Shown one piece after another: positions 55,879 to 64,000 of a stretch of 64,000 nt of DNA. The notes under the pieces are model-generated. The model ran no database searches. It worked only from the letters and a program-made list of their open reading frames with translations, and was not told the origin of the DNA. A program made the translations under genes and the position numbers. The DNA is taken from the NCBI GenBank assembly GCA_030609055.1, contig JAUWCZ010000001.1:17363-81362 (forward strand). The letters are read 5' to 3'. How positions within the stretch are numbered: position 1 is the first letter of the stretch; the number at the start of each line of letters is the position of its first letter. The stretch is from Chloroflexota bacterium. GTDB taxonomy: Bacteria > Chloroflexota > Anaerolineae > Anaerolineales > UBA11858.

Positions 55879-57030
55879 ATGTTATTCAAAAGAGAAAAAA
55901 GAGAAGAACTGGAAGATCAGTCTCTGGCACCGTACGGAATTCGCAGCCAGAACAGCAAAGGAATGGAATACCCCGACTCCACACCTATCTACCGGACCGT
56001 ATTTCAACGTGATCGGGATAGAATCCTGCACACAACGGCTTTTCGTCGTTTGGAATACAAAACACAGGTATTCCTCAACACGGAAGGTGATTACTATCGA
56101 ACCCGATTAACCCACACCCTTGAAGTAGCGCAAATTGGACGCACGGTAGCCCGAGCCTTGGGGGCCAATGAGGATCTTGAGGAAGCCATCTGTCTGGCCC
56201 ACGATTTAGGCCACTCCCCTTTTGGGCATTCCGGGGAGAGGATTTTAAACGAATTAATGAAAAACCACGGGGGTTTTGATCACAATAAACAATCCCTCCG
56301 GATTGTAACCAAGCTTGAAAAACGTTTTCAGGATTTTCCAGGTCTAAACTTAACCTGGGAAACCCGGGAAGGAATCGTCAAACATGAGACCGAGTATGAT
56401 GTCTCAGATGCAGAAGATTTTGATCCGGACCTCCGGGGTCACCTGGAAGCACAAATCGCCAATGCCGCGGATGAATTAGCTTATTCTGCCCATGATCTGG
56501 ATGACGGACTTCGATCTGGATTGATTTCCACCTCCTTACTTGAAGAATTGGCTCTCTGGAAAATCCTGGAAAAGAGTATCAATTGGAAGGGTGGTGACCT
56601 GAACGAACTAGACCGAAAAAGGATCATCCGGAGAATGATCGGTATAGAACTAGAGGATTTACTTAAGAGCACAGCTCAGGCAATCGAGGAAAGCGGAGTC
56701 ACATCTGTAGAGGGAATACAAAAATTACCCCATAATGTGATCCGGTTCAGTGATCAAATGGACAAAAAGAACCGGGAACTTAAGGATTTTTTATTTGAAA
56801 ACCTTTACCAAAATCATCGGGTAATTCGGATGCAGGTAAAAGCTGAAAGGATCATCTGTGATCTATTTTCCGCTTATCAAAGAGACCCTCTGATGCTGCC
56901 GAAACACATTCAAAGCGGAATCGACAAGAAAGGTTTGGAACAATCGATCTGTGATTATGTAGCAGGCATGACTGACCGGTTTGCAATCGACGAACACCAA
57001 AAGCTGTTTGATCCCTCACAGAGACCTTAA
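55879..57030 (+). CDS. dgt: dGTP triphosphohydrolase-like HD-domain protein
   Basis: FQRDRDRILHTTAFRRLEYKTQVF, RLTHTLEVAQIGR and HDLGHSPFGH. Confidence 0.85.
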   Translation: MLFKREKREELEDQSLAPYGIRSQNSKGMEYPDSTPIYRTVFQRDRDRILHTTAFRRLEYKTQVFLNTEGDYYRTRLTHTLEVAQIGRTVARALGANEDLEEAICLAHDLGHSPFGHSGERILNELMKNHGGFDHNKQSLRIVTKLEKRFQDFPGLNLTWETREGIVKHETEYDVSDAEDFDPDLRGHLEAQIANAADELAYSAHDLDDGLRSGLISTSLLEELALWKILEKSINWKGGDLNELDRKRIIRRMIGIELEDLLKSTAQAIEESGVTSVEGIQKLPHNVIRFSDQMDKKNRELKDFLFENLYQNHRVIRMQVKAERIICDLFSAYQRDPLMLPKHIQSGIDKKGLEQSICDYVAGMTDRFAIDEHQKLFDPSQRP

Positions 57031-57058
57031 GCCAAAGCAAATAAAGGATTTAATCAGT

Positions 57059-57532
57059 ATGCAGGGTGAAGGGAAAATATATTTAACTAAAGAAGGGAAA
57101 GAAAAACTTCTATTTGAACTTAAAGAGTTAGAAGGTCCACGGCGGGACGATATTGCTGCCAGGTTAAAATCAGCCATAGAGATGGGAGATCTCTCCGAAA
57201 ATGCTGATTACCACAAAGCAAAAGAAGACCAGGGATTTCTGGAAGGGAAGATTCTGGAAATCAAATATACACTAAATTTTGCAATTATTGTGGAAGAGAA
57301 TGTCAATGGGCAGGATACGGTTAATGTAGGCTGTAAGGTAACCATCCAGGAAGAGGATTTCCCGCCGGAAACATATTACTTGGTCGGCAGTAAGGAAGCA
57401 GACCCAACTGAGAATAAAATTTCCCACATCTCTCCCATAGGCAAAGCCCTACTGGATAAACAAGTAGGAGAGATCGTGCAATTCAAAACGCCGAATGGAG
57501 AAGTATCTCTGAAGATCTTGAGCATTGATTAA
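57059..57532 (+). CDS. greA: Transcription elongation factor GreA
   Basis: LTKEGKEKL..EL..L....R..IA..L..A...GDLSENADYHKAKEDQ. Start ATG 57059 after AAAGGA. The 56981 start is an over-extension into dgt. Confidence 0.9.
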   Translation: MQGEGKIYLTKEGKEKLLFELKELEGPRRDDIAARLKSAIEMGDLSENADYHKAKEDQGFLEGKILEIKYTLNFAIIVEENVNGQDTVNVGCKVTIQEEDFPPETYYLVGSKEADPTENKISHISPIGKALLDKQVGEIVQFKTPNGEVSLKILSID

Positions 57533-57533
57533 A

Positions 57534-57576
57534 TAAAAAAAGCTCCCGGATCTTTGAATGGACCGGGAGCTTTTTG
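57534..57576. terminator. Bidirectional Rho-independent terminator
   Basis: AAAAAAA-AGCTCCCGG...CCGGGAGCT-TTTTT, between convergent greA and the 57579 gene. Confidence 0.8.
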
Positions 57577-57578
57577 CT

Positions 57579-58616
57579 TTAAAACTCGTCAAAATCGAAT
57601 GGTTCAGATTCGCTTGCACCATCATCGGGCCAGACTGACAGCTCAATAGATAGGCGGTCAAAGAAGCTCTCCTCGGGCAGAGGACCTTCGCCATATCCCA
57701 TATCCATTACCCGTCCGATAATGCGGAGATTATTAGTCGCTAGGACAAACTCCACACCTGGATCTGCCAGGACTGGCTCACCTTTCTTTTCCAGTTCTGA
57801 ACGGATTGCCTCATCATAAAAAGCGTGACCGCTCATCAGAACTTTGGTAACTGTCTTGATATCATTCTGGTCAAACAACCAGACTTCAAAGGCGGTTACC
57901 CGTTTCGGTTCCCCTACCCCGATCGCTTCAGAGATTCCTACACCACACTCACCTAGAAATTCGCCGGCAGCGGATTCTATACTGAAGGAATCATCAAAGA
58001 GATTATCCCCCAGGACATAGGTTGTCACAAATTGATGCATGGGGGGAGATTCTTCCCGGTCTCCAAAATCAGTGGGGTCGATCTTGGCTGTGATGTCCTG
58101 TGCCATACCTACAGCGTTTTTGGGAGCGGATCGCCCCGGACTGCGCTTTCCCAGGAAATAGCGGATTACCAGGGCCCCAGCCAAGACAATTGTGATCAGT
58201 AGAGCCCACTTAAGAATGTTATTCCCAGGTTTTTCCTCCGGTGCTATCTCCTCCAGCTCATCTGCCAGGGATGTCACTTCCATCACGGCACGGAAGGTGT
58301 CAATATCGCTGACCAATTGACCAGAAGGGTTGAATTCAATCTCAGATAAAAAGGAAGAAGCCTCCTCTCCAAGTCGATCATAGCGCTCTTCTGCCAACTT
58401 CAGATCCTGATTTATTGCATAGGAATCAATTACCATCCGCAGATAATCTGTTTTCAGATCATCTCTCAATTGAGTGATGTCTCCATCAACAAAGTCTACC
58501 GGAGCAATCACCCAGCCATACAGCAGACCTAAAATGATCCCTACTGCGATACCGACCACAGCCATAATCGGAGCGCTGTTAAAACCTTTTCTAAAACTAT
58601 CCCGGATTGTATCCAT
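57579..58616 (-). CDS. Conserved-looking hypothetical two-TM membrane protein
   Basis: Start ATG 58614-58616 (MDTIRDSF) with GGAG 9 nt upstream. Two TM helices (AVVGIAVGIILGLLYGWVI; WALLITIVLAGALVIRYF) and an acidic C-terminus. No recognisable motif. Confidence 0.5.
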   Translation of the reverse strand: MDTIRDSFRKGFNSAPIMAVVGIAVGIILGLLYGWVIAPVDFVDGDITQLRDDLKTDYLRMVIDSYAINQDLKLAEERYDRLGEEASSFLSEIEFNPSGQLVSDIDTFRAVMEVTSLADELEEIAPEEKPGNNILKWALLITIVLAGALVIRYFLGKRSPGRSAPKNAVGMAQDITAKIDPTDFGDREESPPMHQFVTTYVLGDNLFDDSFSIESAAGEFLGECGVGISEAIGVGEPKRVTAFEVWLFDQNDIKTVTKVLMSGHAFYDEAIRSELEKKGEPVLADPGVEFVLATNNLRIIGRVMDMGYGEGPLPEESFFDRLSIELSVWPDDGASESEPFDFDEF

Positions 58617-58903
58617 AATCAATCTCCATTTGATAATGAAAGTGGAAGCAACTGGAGGCCAGATATTGATATTGTAGACGAGAGATGGTTTTCCTGCAAT
58701 GCTCTCACCTGTTCTGGTCACTCATGCCTTTAGATGCAAGGTCTGTGCCAGAGAGCAGTTTATTTTTCCATTCGAATATTTTCTTAATCAACATACTATA
58801 GTACGAAAAAAGGCTGAGCTACATCGGGAAGACTTGATTCAATCAAATCAGCGGAGGAAAGGTTTTTTCCACCGCTGATTCTTGATCAGAAAATAATTAA
58901 AGA

Positions 58904-61243
58904 TCATCCAGTTTCTTTCAGGACCTGATCAAGTTTATACTCCAATTTGCAGCTTAAACACTGAGCATGGTCTTTATTTGCTGTAACTAAGAGTCCTCCG
59001 CAGCTGGGGCAAGGTTTAGGTAGTGGTCTTTTCCAGGAGGAAAATTCACATTCAGGATAATTTTCACAGCCGTAAAAAAGCCGGCCTTTTCTGGTCCGCT
59101 TTTCAATCAGATCTCCACCATCTTCCGGGCAAATTACGCCAATCCTCTCCACCCAGCGCTCGGTGTGACTGCAGTTGGGTTTATTGCTGCAGCCAATGTA
59201 AAGACCATATCGTCCCCATCTTTGAACGAGATCATGTCCACATTCCGGGCATGACCTTCCAACCGGGATATAAACCGGTTCAATTTTGGGCATTTCTAGT
59301 TTTGCATAATCCAATTGTTTGGCAAATGGTCCGTAAAATTCCCGGACCCGATCCCGCCACTGTTCTGCCCCGGAAGCAACCTGGTCCAGGTCTCTTTCCA
59401 TCTGGGCGGTAAACCCAACGTCCACAATAGATGAAAAGTACTCGGACACCAAATCATTGACAATAAAACCAGTTTCCGTTGGTTTTAATCGGCGGTCATC
59501 CTTCACTACGTAACCGCGCTGCACCAGCTTTCCCATAATGGGCGCGTAAGTGGACGGTCTTCCGATCCCGTTTTCCTCCAGGACACTGACCAGGGACGCT
59601 TCAGAATACCTGGGGGGAGGCTGGGTAAAGTGCTGTTCAGGGAGCAGTTTAACCAAATCTTGCCCCTGACCTACGGAGAGCTGATCCGGTATACGCTCTA
59701 GATCTTTTTCTGCCTGGGATGTTTTTCTGTTGTTCCGATCGTAAACCTTCAAAAAACCTGGGAATTTAATTTTTGAACCTGATGCCCGGAGCACATAAAC
59801 ATGCTCTGATCCATCTGCCCCGATAATTACACTTAAGGTCTCATATACAGCAGGAGACATCTGGGAAGCGACAAATCGCTGCCAGATTAATTTATATAAC
59901 CTGTACTGATCTTTCTTAAGAAAACCCTTTAATGCTTTGGGGGTTCGTGAGACAGACGTCGGACGAATGGCTTCATGTGCTTCCTGCGCCCGTTTGGATT
60001 TGGTTGCATAATGTGGGATTTCTGAAGGAACATAGGTCTCACCATAATTAGCTGTGATAAAATTCCGGGCTTGGTACTGGGAACTTTCGGAAATATTGGT
60101 GGAATCTGTGCGCATATAAGTGATTAATCCAGTTTCTCCGCCATTGCCAACATCTATGCCTTGATAGAGCTGCTGGGCAACTGTCATGGTTTTTTTGGCA
60201 GAATAATTCAACTGTCGGGAAGCATCCTGCTGCAGTGTACTGGTAATAAAAGGCGCATAAGGTTTCCGAACCCGGGTTCCGCGGCGGATCTTCCGTACTT
60301 CATACCGGGCTGATTCCATATCCAGTAATATGGGCTGGAGGGTTTCCCTGGCTTCAATCTTAAGTTTATGGCCATCCACATGGGTCAAGTTGGCCTTATA
60401 GGTATTCTCAATTTCAGCACTGCCCTCTGGACGGAGCTCAGCCTCTATTGACCAGTATTCTTGCGGGATAAATGCCTCAATTTCCCTTTCCCGGTCTATG
60501 ATCAAACGAAGCGCAACTGACTGCACTCTGCCCGCGGTTAAGCCGCCGCGCACCTTCTCCCAAAGGATTGGGCTGATCTGGAATCCAACCAAACGATCAA
60601 CAACCCTTCTTCCCTGCTGGGCGTTAACCAGGTCCATATTCAAAACCACTGGGTTGGCAAACGCCTTCTCAATCGCCTCACGTGTAATTTCATGGAACAC
60701 CACCCGTTTGGTCCGTTCTGGATCCAGCTCGGCAGCTTCCAGTAAATGCCAGGCGATCGCTTCACCTTCCCGATCAAGGTCTGTTGCCAGGTAAATCTCT
60801 TCCGCTTCCTGGCCCAGTTTCTTGATTTCTTTTACAACGTCGCGTTTGTCATTGGGTACCCGGTAAGTAGGTTCAAAATTATTGTCAATATCGACTGACA
60901 ATTTTGATTTTAATAGGTCCCTGACATGGCCAACGGATGCGACTACCTTATAGTCTTTACCCAGGTAACGATTTATCGTCCGGGCTTTCGCCGGAGATTC
61001 GACGATTACCAGCCTCCCTTTGCGGGGTTTTTCCTTCTTGGTCCTCCGCTTGGTGTTTTCGGGGGGAGTTAATCCTTCATGTGCTTCCGTTTTGCCCATT
61101 CGGAACATGGTTGTTCCACAAACTGGACAGATTCCCCGGGTTCCCGGCGTACCAGTAGCAGTAAATTCCGCGTGGGGGGATTCCAGATCTCGTTTTTCTT
61201 TGCACTTCATGCAATAAGCTTCCAAACCAACCTCCACAATCAA
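58904..61243 (-). CDS. topA: DNA topoisomerase I with extra N-terminal zinc ribbon and three C-terminal Zn fingers
   Basis: TOPRIM LVIVESPAKARTI and catalytic region GLITYMRTDS. C-terminal CPECG..C, CPEDGG..C..C and CPSCGG..CLSC. The start is uncertain (TTG 61243 or ATG 61210). Confidence 0.9.
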   Translation of the reverse strand: MIVEVGLEAYCMKCKEKRDLESPHAEFTATGTPGTRGICPVCGTTMFRMGKTEAHEGLTPPENTKRRTKKEKPRKGRLVIVESPAKARTINRYLGKDYKVVASVGHVRDLLKSKLSVDIDNNFEPTYRVPNDKRDVVKEIKKLGQEAEEIYLATDLDREGEAIAWHLLEAAELDPERTKRVVFHEITREAIEKAFANPVVLNMDLVNAQQGRRVVDRLVGFQISPILWEKVRGGLTAGRVQSVALRLIIDREREIEAFIPQEYWSIEAELRPEGSAEIENTYKANLTHVDGHKLKIEARETLQPILLDMESARYEVRKIRRGTRVRKPYAPFITSTLQQDASRQLNYSAKKTMTVAQQLYQGIDVGNGGETGLITYMRTDSTNISESSQYQARNFITANYGETYVPSEIPHYATKSKRAQEAHEAIRPTSVSRTPKALKGFLKKDQYRLYKLIWQRFVASQMSPAVYETLSVIIGADGSEHVYVLRASGSKIKFPGFLKVYDRNNRKTSQAEKDLERIPDQLSVGQGQDLVKLLPEQHFTQPPPRYSEASLVSVLEENGIGRPSTYAPIMGKLVQRGYVVKDDRRLKPTETGFIVNDLVSEYFSSIVDVGFTAQMERDLDQVASGAEQWRDRVREFYGPFAKQLDYAKLEMPKIEPVYIPVGRSCPECGHDLVQRWGRYGLYIGCSNKPNCSHTERWVERIGVICPEDGGDLIEKRTRKGRLFYGCENYPECEFSSWKRPLPKPCPSCGGLLVTANKDHAQCLSCKLEYKLDQVLKETG

Positions 61244-61306
61244 TCAAGTATAAATTATTGTTCTCACCAGCAATATTTATGAGCGTTTATGATTTGATAA
61301 TCTTAC

Positions 61307-62398
61307 TCAAATCAACTCTGAACGTCCTTTTTCTTCCAGTAACTTTACGATCTGGCGGACTTTCTGGGCCTGATCCCGGTCACATATCAACAGAATATCT
61401 CCAGTATCAACCACGATTAAGTCTTTGGCGCCTATGGTGACCACAGTCCTGGGGTTATCCGAGGTAAATATCAAAGTGCCGGATGTGTTGAGGGATATAT
61501 GTTCTCCTCCCAGTGAAATATTGCCATCCTCATCAACCTGCAGAACATCAAATAATGCCTCCCAACTTCCCACATCGTTCCATTCTAAACCGGCAGCAGG
61601 AACCACTGCAACTTTTCTTGCATTTTCCATGATTCCAAAATCGATTGTTTCCGGCTTGATATCAGGCCATATTTTTCTGAGTATCCTGTTCTGATCTGAT
61701 GTTCCCCAGGCATTCCCGATAACATCAAGCTGAGAAGAGAGTTCAGCCATCTGACGGGAGATTTCATTGAGAATGGTCTCTGCCCGCCAGAAGAACATGC
61801 CTGAATTCCAAGCATACTCACCACTGGAAATCATCCTTTCCGCTTCCGGGAGAGCTGGTTTTTCAGTGAATTCTAGAACTTGATAGGCATCTAAATTCTG
61901 ATAACTGCCAATTCTCGCTCCCCGTCGGGTATACCCATAACCAGTTGCCGGGTATGTTGGGGTCACACCAAGCGTGACCAGAAAATCTTCTTCGGCGACC
62001 TGATGTGCGGCGGTTAATATCTGCTGGAAAAGCTTTAAATTACCAATAATATGATCAGCTGTCAAGACAGCCATTACAGCATTTGGGTCCCGTTTTTGCA
62101 AAACGGTTGCTGCATATCCAACCACCGATGCTGTTCCTCTAGGCATGGTTTCCAATAAATAGTTTTCCAGGGGGATTTCCGGACATTGCTCCATTAACCC
62201 AGGAGCCTGCTCTTCCACAGTAATTATGTAGATGCGTTCCGGTGGAAATACTCCCTGGAGGCGATCCACAGCAATTTGAAACAATGTTCGCTCCTGACCT
62301 AATGAAAGCATTTGTTTTGGACGGCTTTTACGCGAAAGAGGCCAGAGTCTGGTTCCTCCTCCGCCTGCCATAATAACAGCAAAATAATTTTCGATCAT
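61307..62398 (-). CDS. Mannose-1-phosphate guanylyltransferase-like nucleotidyltransferase
   Basis: AVIMAGGGGTRLWPLSRKSRPKQ. Start ATG 62398, 1 nt after the dprA stop. Confidence 0.75.
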   Translation of the reverse strand: MIENYFAVIMAGGGGTRLWPLSRKSRPKQMLSLGQERTLFQIAVDRLQGVFPPERIYIITVEEQAPGLMEQCPEIPLENYLLETMPRGTASVVGYAATVLQKRDPNAVMAVLTADHIIGNLKLFQQILTAAHQVAEEDFLVTLGVTPTYPATGYGYTRRGARIGSYQNLDAYQVLEFTEKPALPEAERMISSGEYAWNSGMFFWRAETILNEISRQMAELSSQLDVIGNAWGTSDQNRILRKIWPDIKPETIDFGIMENARKVAVVPAAGLEWNDVGSWEALFDVLQVDEDGNISLGGEHISLNTSGTLIFTSDNPRTVVTIGAKDLIVVDTGDILLICDRDQAQKVRQIVKLLEEKGRSELI

Positions 62399-62399
62399 A

Positions 62400-63536
62400 T
62401 TAGCTTCCTTCTCTTTTCTGGTCCAAATTGAAATGATATCTGGCATTCCATTCCTGAACTGCCATATATTTCATACCAAATGTTTTCCGCACCATTCCCT
62501 TTAATTCCATTAGTGCCAAGGTTGAGGTAACTTCCTCAATGGGCATTTTTACCTGAGCACAAATCTCATCCACATGAAGAGGTTCATCGCCAACTACCTG
62601 ATACAAGGCGACTTCTTTGGGATCACTTGGTAAAGTTTTTCGGACCTCTCTTTGTTCCTCAAGCAGACTCATATTCAGTATATCCAAAACATCCTGCGGA
62701 TCGAGAAGAGGATGGGCGCCTTGTTTAATCAGCAGATTTGAACCTTTACTCGACGGTGCAGATATTTTACCTGGCACAGCAAATACTTCTTTTCCCTGAT
62801 CAGCTGCATAGGAGGCAGTGATCAAAGCGCCGCTTCTTTCTCCTGCTTCTATCACCACAATTACTTTTGACAAACCTGAAATAATCCGATTTCTGGGTGG
62901 AAAGTTCGACCCTTCCGGTGGTGTGCCAAGCGGGTAATCACTAATCAACGCACCCTGTCTTGAAATCTCATCTGCCAGATTACGGTGCTCTGGTGGATAG
63001 ATAATATCTAAACCATTACCCAAGACTGCAATAGTTCTTCCTCCTGCGGCTAAAGCTGCCTGATGGGCAATCCCGTCAATACCCCGGGCAAGTCCACTTA
63101 TGATTGTAATCCCCTGCCGCGCCAGTGTGTGGGATAGCGCTTCAGTTACCTGTCGTCCATACGCACTATATCGTCGGGTGCCAACAATCGCTACTGCCCA
63201 GATATCCTCCGCTAACAATTCTCCTTTAATATAGATGATATACGGAGATTGGTCAATCTGGCGCAGTCTTTCAGGATATTCTGGATCATCCCAGGTAAGA
63301 ACCTGAATTCCCTGGTTCAAAATACATTGTTCCAGATTATCTAGCGATACCTGGTTCCGGACTTCGATCAACCGATTGAGCAACTTCTTATTCAAACCAG
63401 CGGCTTGTAGTTTATAAGACCTGGCTAACCAGGCTGTCCGGATATCCCCAAAATAATTGAGAAGCTTTTCCAGGCGAACCGGGCCAATTCCTTTCACAAG
63501 GTTGAATCCAACCCAATACTTTGTATTATTCTTCAT
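62400..63536 (-). CDS. dprA: DNA processing protein DprA (Smf)
   Basis: SGLARGIDGIAHQAALAAGGRTIAVLGNGLDIIYPPEH, plus a C-terminal wHTH-like domain. Confidence 0.85.
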   Translation of the reverse strand: MKNNTKYWVGFNLVKGIGPVRLEKLLNYFGDIRTAWLARSYKLQAAGLNKKLLNRLIEVRNQVSLDNLEQCILNQGIQVLTWDDPEYPERLRQIDQSPYIIYIKGELLAEDIWAVAIVGTRRYSAYGRQVTEALSHTLARQGITIISGLARGIDGIAHQAALAAGGRTIAVLGNGLDIIYPPEHRNLADEISRQGALISDYPLGTPPEGSNFPPRNRIISGLSKVIVVIEAGERSGALITASYAADQGKEVFAVPGKISAPSSKGSNLLIKQGAHPLLDPQDVLDILNMSLLEEQREVRKTLPSDPKEVALYQVVGDEPLHVDEICAQVKMPIEEVTSTLALMELKGMVRKTFGMKYMAVQEWNARYHFNLDQKREGS

Positions 63537-63588
63537 ATATTGCCCCCAGGTTCAGCCTATCTGAGCTTCTTCCACCCAAGCCGGGCAA

Positions 63589-63618
63589 AGAATACCATAA
63601 TTTTTTAACCTATGTCAA
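63589..63618 (-). promoter_or_regulatory. Candidate promoter of dprA-manC-topA
   Basis: Minus-strand TTGACA-N18-TATTCT. Confidence 0.35.
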
Positions 63619-63751
63619 GAGAGATTACCCAACAGAAAAAAACAGGGCAGGCATAAATTGAAATAAATCTGGATCAACAAGATCTAAATTTTCTTCTGAA
63701 TCTCCCCCTGATAAATTTCCCCTGGTTCAAATCTTTTCCCAAAATTTATGA

Positions 63752-64000
63752 TTACACATCTAATAATCCTGGAAGAATGTGACCCAGAACTTTTCCCTCT
63801 TCCTGGTTGATTTCCAGGACAACCTGATCAATCGCCGGAATCAGAATTTCATTACCCTCGGCGGTTTCAATCAGGTATACATCATTGGCTCCTGTGATGA
63901 GGATCTCTTTGATCCTCCCCAGGTATTGATCTTGGTCGGTGATAACTTCCATGCCCACAACCTGATGGAGAAAAAAATCTCCTTCGGGTAAATCAGGCAT
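63752..64000 (-). CDS. rimM: 16S rRNA processing protein RimM, C-terminal (PRC-barrel) part; the gene runs off the window edge
   Basis: LPEGDFFLHQVVGMEVITDQDQYLGRIKEILITGANDVYLIE matches the RimM PRC pattern. Confidence 0.75.
   Translation of the reverse strand: MPDLPEGDFFLHQVVGMEVITDQDQYLGRIKEILITGANDVYLIETAEGNEILIPAIDQVVLEINQEEGKVLGHILPGLLDV

Noticed and set aside
56981-57058. N-terminal over-extensions in the ORF track, here for greA. The same applies at 1455-1538, 11646-11693, 16450-16503, 53118-53162, 55855-55878, 58617-58721 and 62399-62446.
   Set aside because: The extensions overlap upstream genes or lack ribosome-binding sites. Internal ATGs with Shine-Dalgarno sequences give N-termini that match the protein families.
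1-64000. Scan for CRISPR arrays, rRNA, IS elements/transposases, integrases, toxin-antitoxin pairs and restriction-modification genes.
   Set aside because: No regularly spaced short repeats, no transposase or recombinase motifs and no rRNA-like sequence were seen by eye. The only repeats found are the tRNA-fragment direct repeat and the intragenic 126-bp array.

Overview
64-kb chromosomal window, probably from a Chloroflexota (Anaerolineae-like) bacterium. Support for this: Chlor_Arch_YYY/DUF2298 giant membrane proteins, an archaeal-type mevalonate branch (mevalonate kinase plus isopentenyl-phosphate kinase) and ordinary housekeeping genes. All calls come from reading motifs by eye; no searches or computations were run. 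Layout: (i) 0-2.9 kb: a membrane protein translationally coupled to a Ras/MglA-like GTPase that is broken by one in-frame TAA, plus a divergent radical-SAM gene. (ii) 2.9-13.4 kb: an 11-gene single-strand operon (IclR, UlaABC-type PTS, two phosphotriesterase-family lactonases, FAD oxidoreductase, methyltransferase, two class-I aldolases, HAD phosphatase). It is bracketed by a 49-nt direct repeat of the 3' half of the adjacent initiator tRNA-Met, which suggests an integrase-less genomic island. (iii) 13.4-18.8 kb: tRNA-fMet, an FtsB-like gene, tRNA-Leu(CAG), an atypical GAF sensor kinase, an LCP protein and a GH-like protein. (iv) 18.8-29.6 kb: gyrA, rpoC (own consensus promoter, no rpoB beside it) and a large HAMP/GAF/PAS histidine kinase. 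(v) 29.7-47.7 kb: plsC and cmk, then a ~16.5-kb co-directional, partly translationally coupled envelope-glycan cluster (flippase-like protein, SDR epimerase, GT4, three SAM methyltransferases, three GT-C-like proteins and two YYY/DUF2298 proteins, including a 1604-aa fusion). (vi) 47.9-58.7 kb: MFS transporter, tlyA, a decaprenyl-phosphate phosphoribosyltransferase-like UbiA enzyme, mvk, a second UbiA enzyme, isopentenyl-phosphate kinase, a dynamin-like GTPase, a dGTPase-like gene, greA and an unknown membrane protein. (vii) 58.9-64 kb: dprA-manC-topA and a partial rimM. No rRNA, CRISPR array, transposase or integrase was seen. The best candidates for something undescribed are the YYY/GT-C polyprenyl-phosphate glycan cluster and the tRNA-flanked PTS lactone island.
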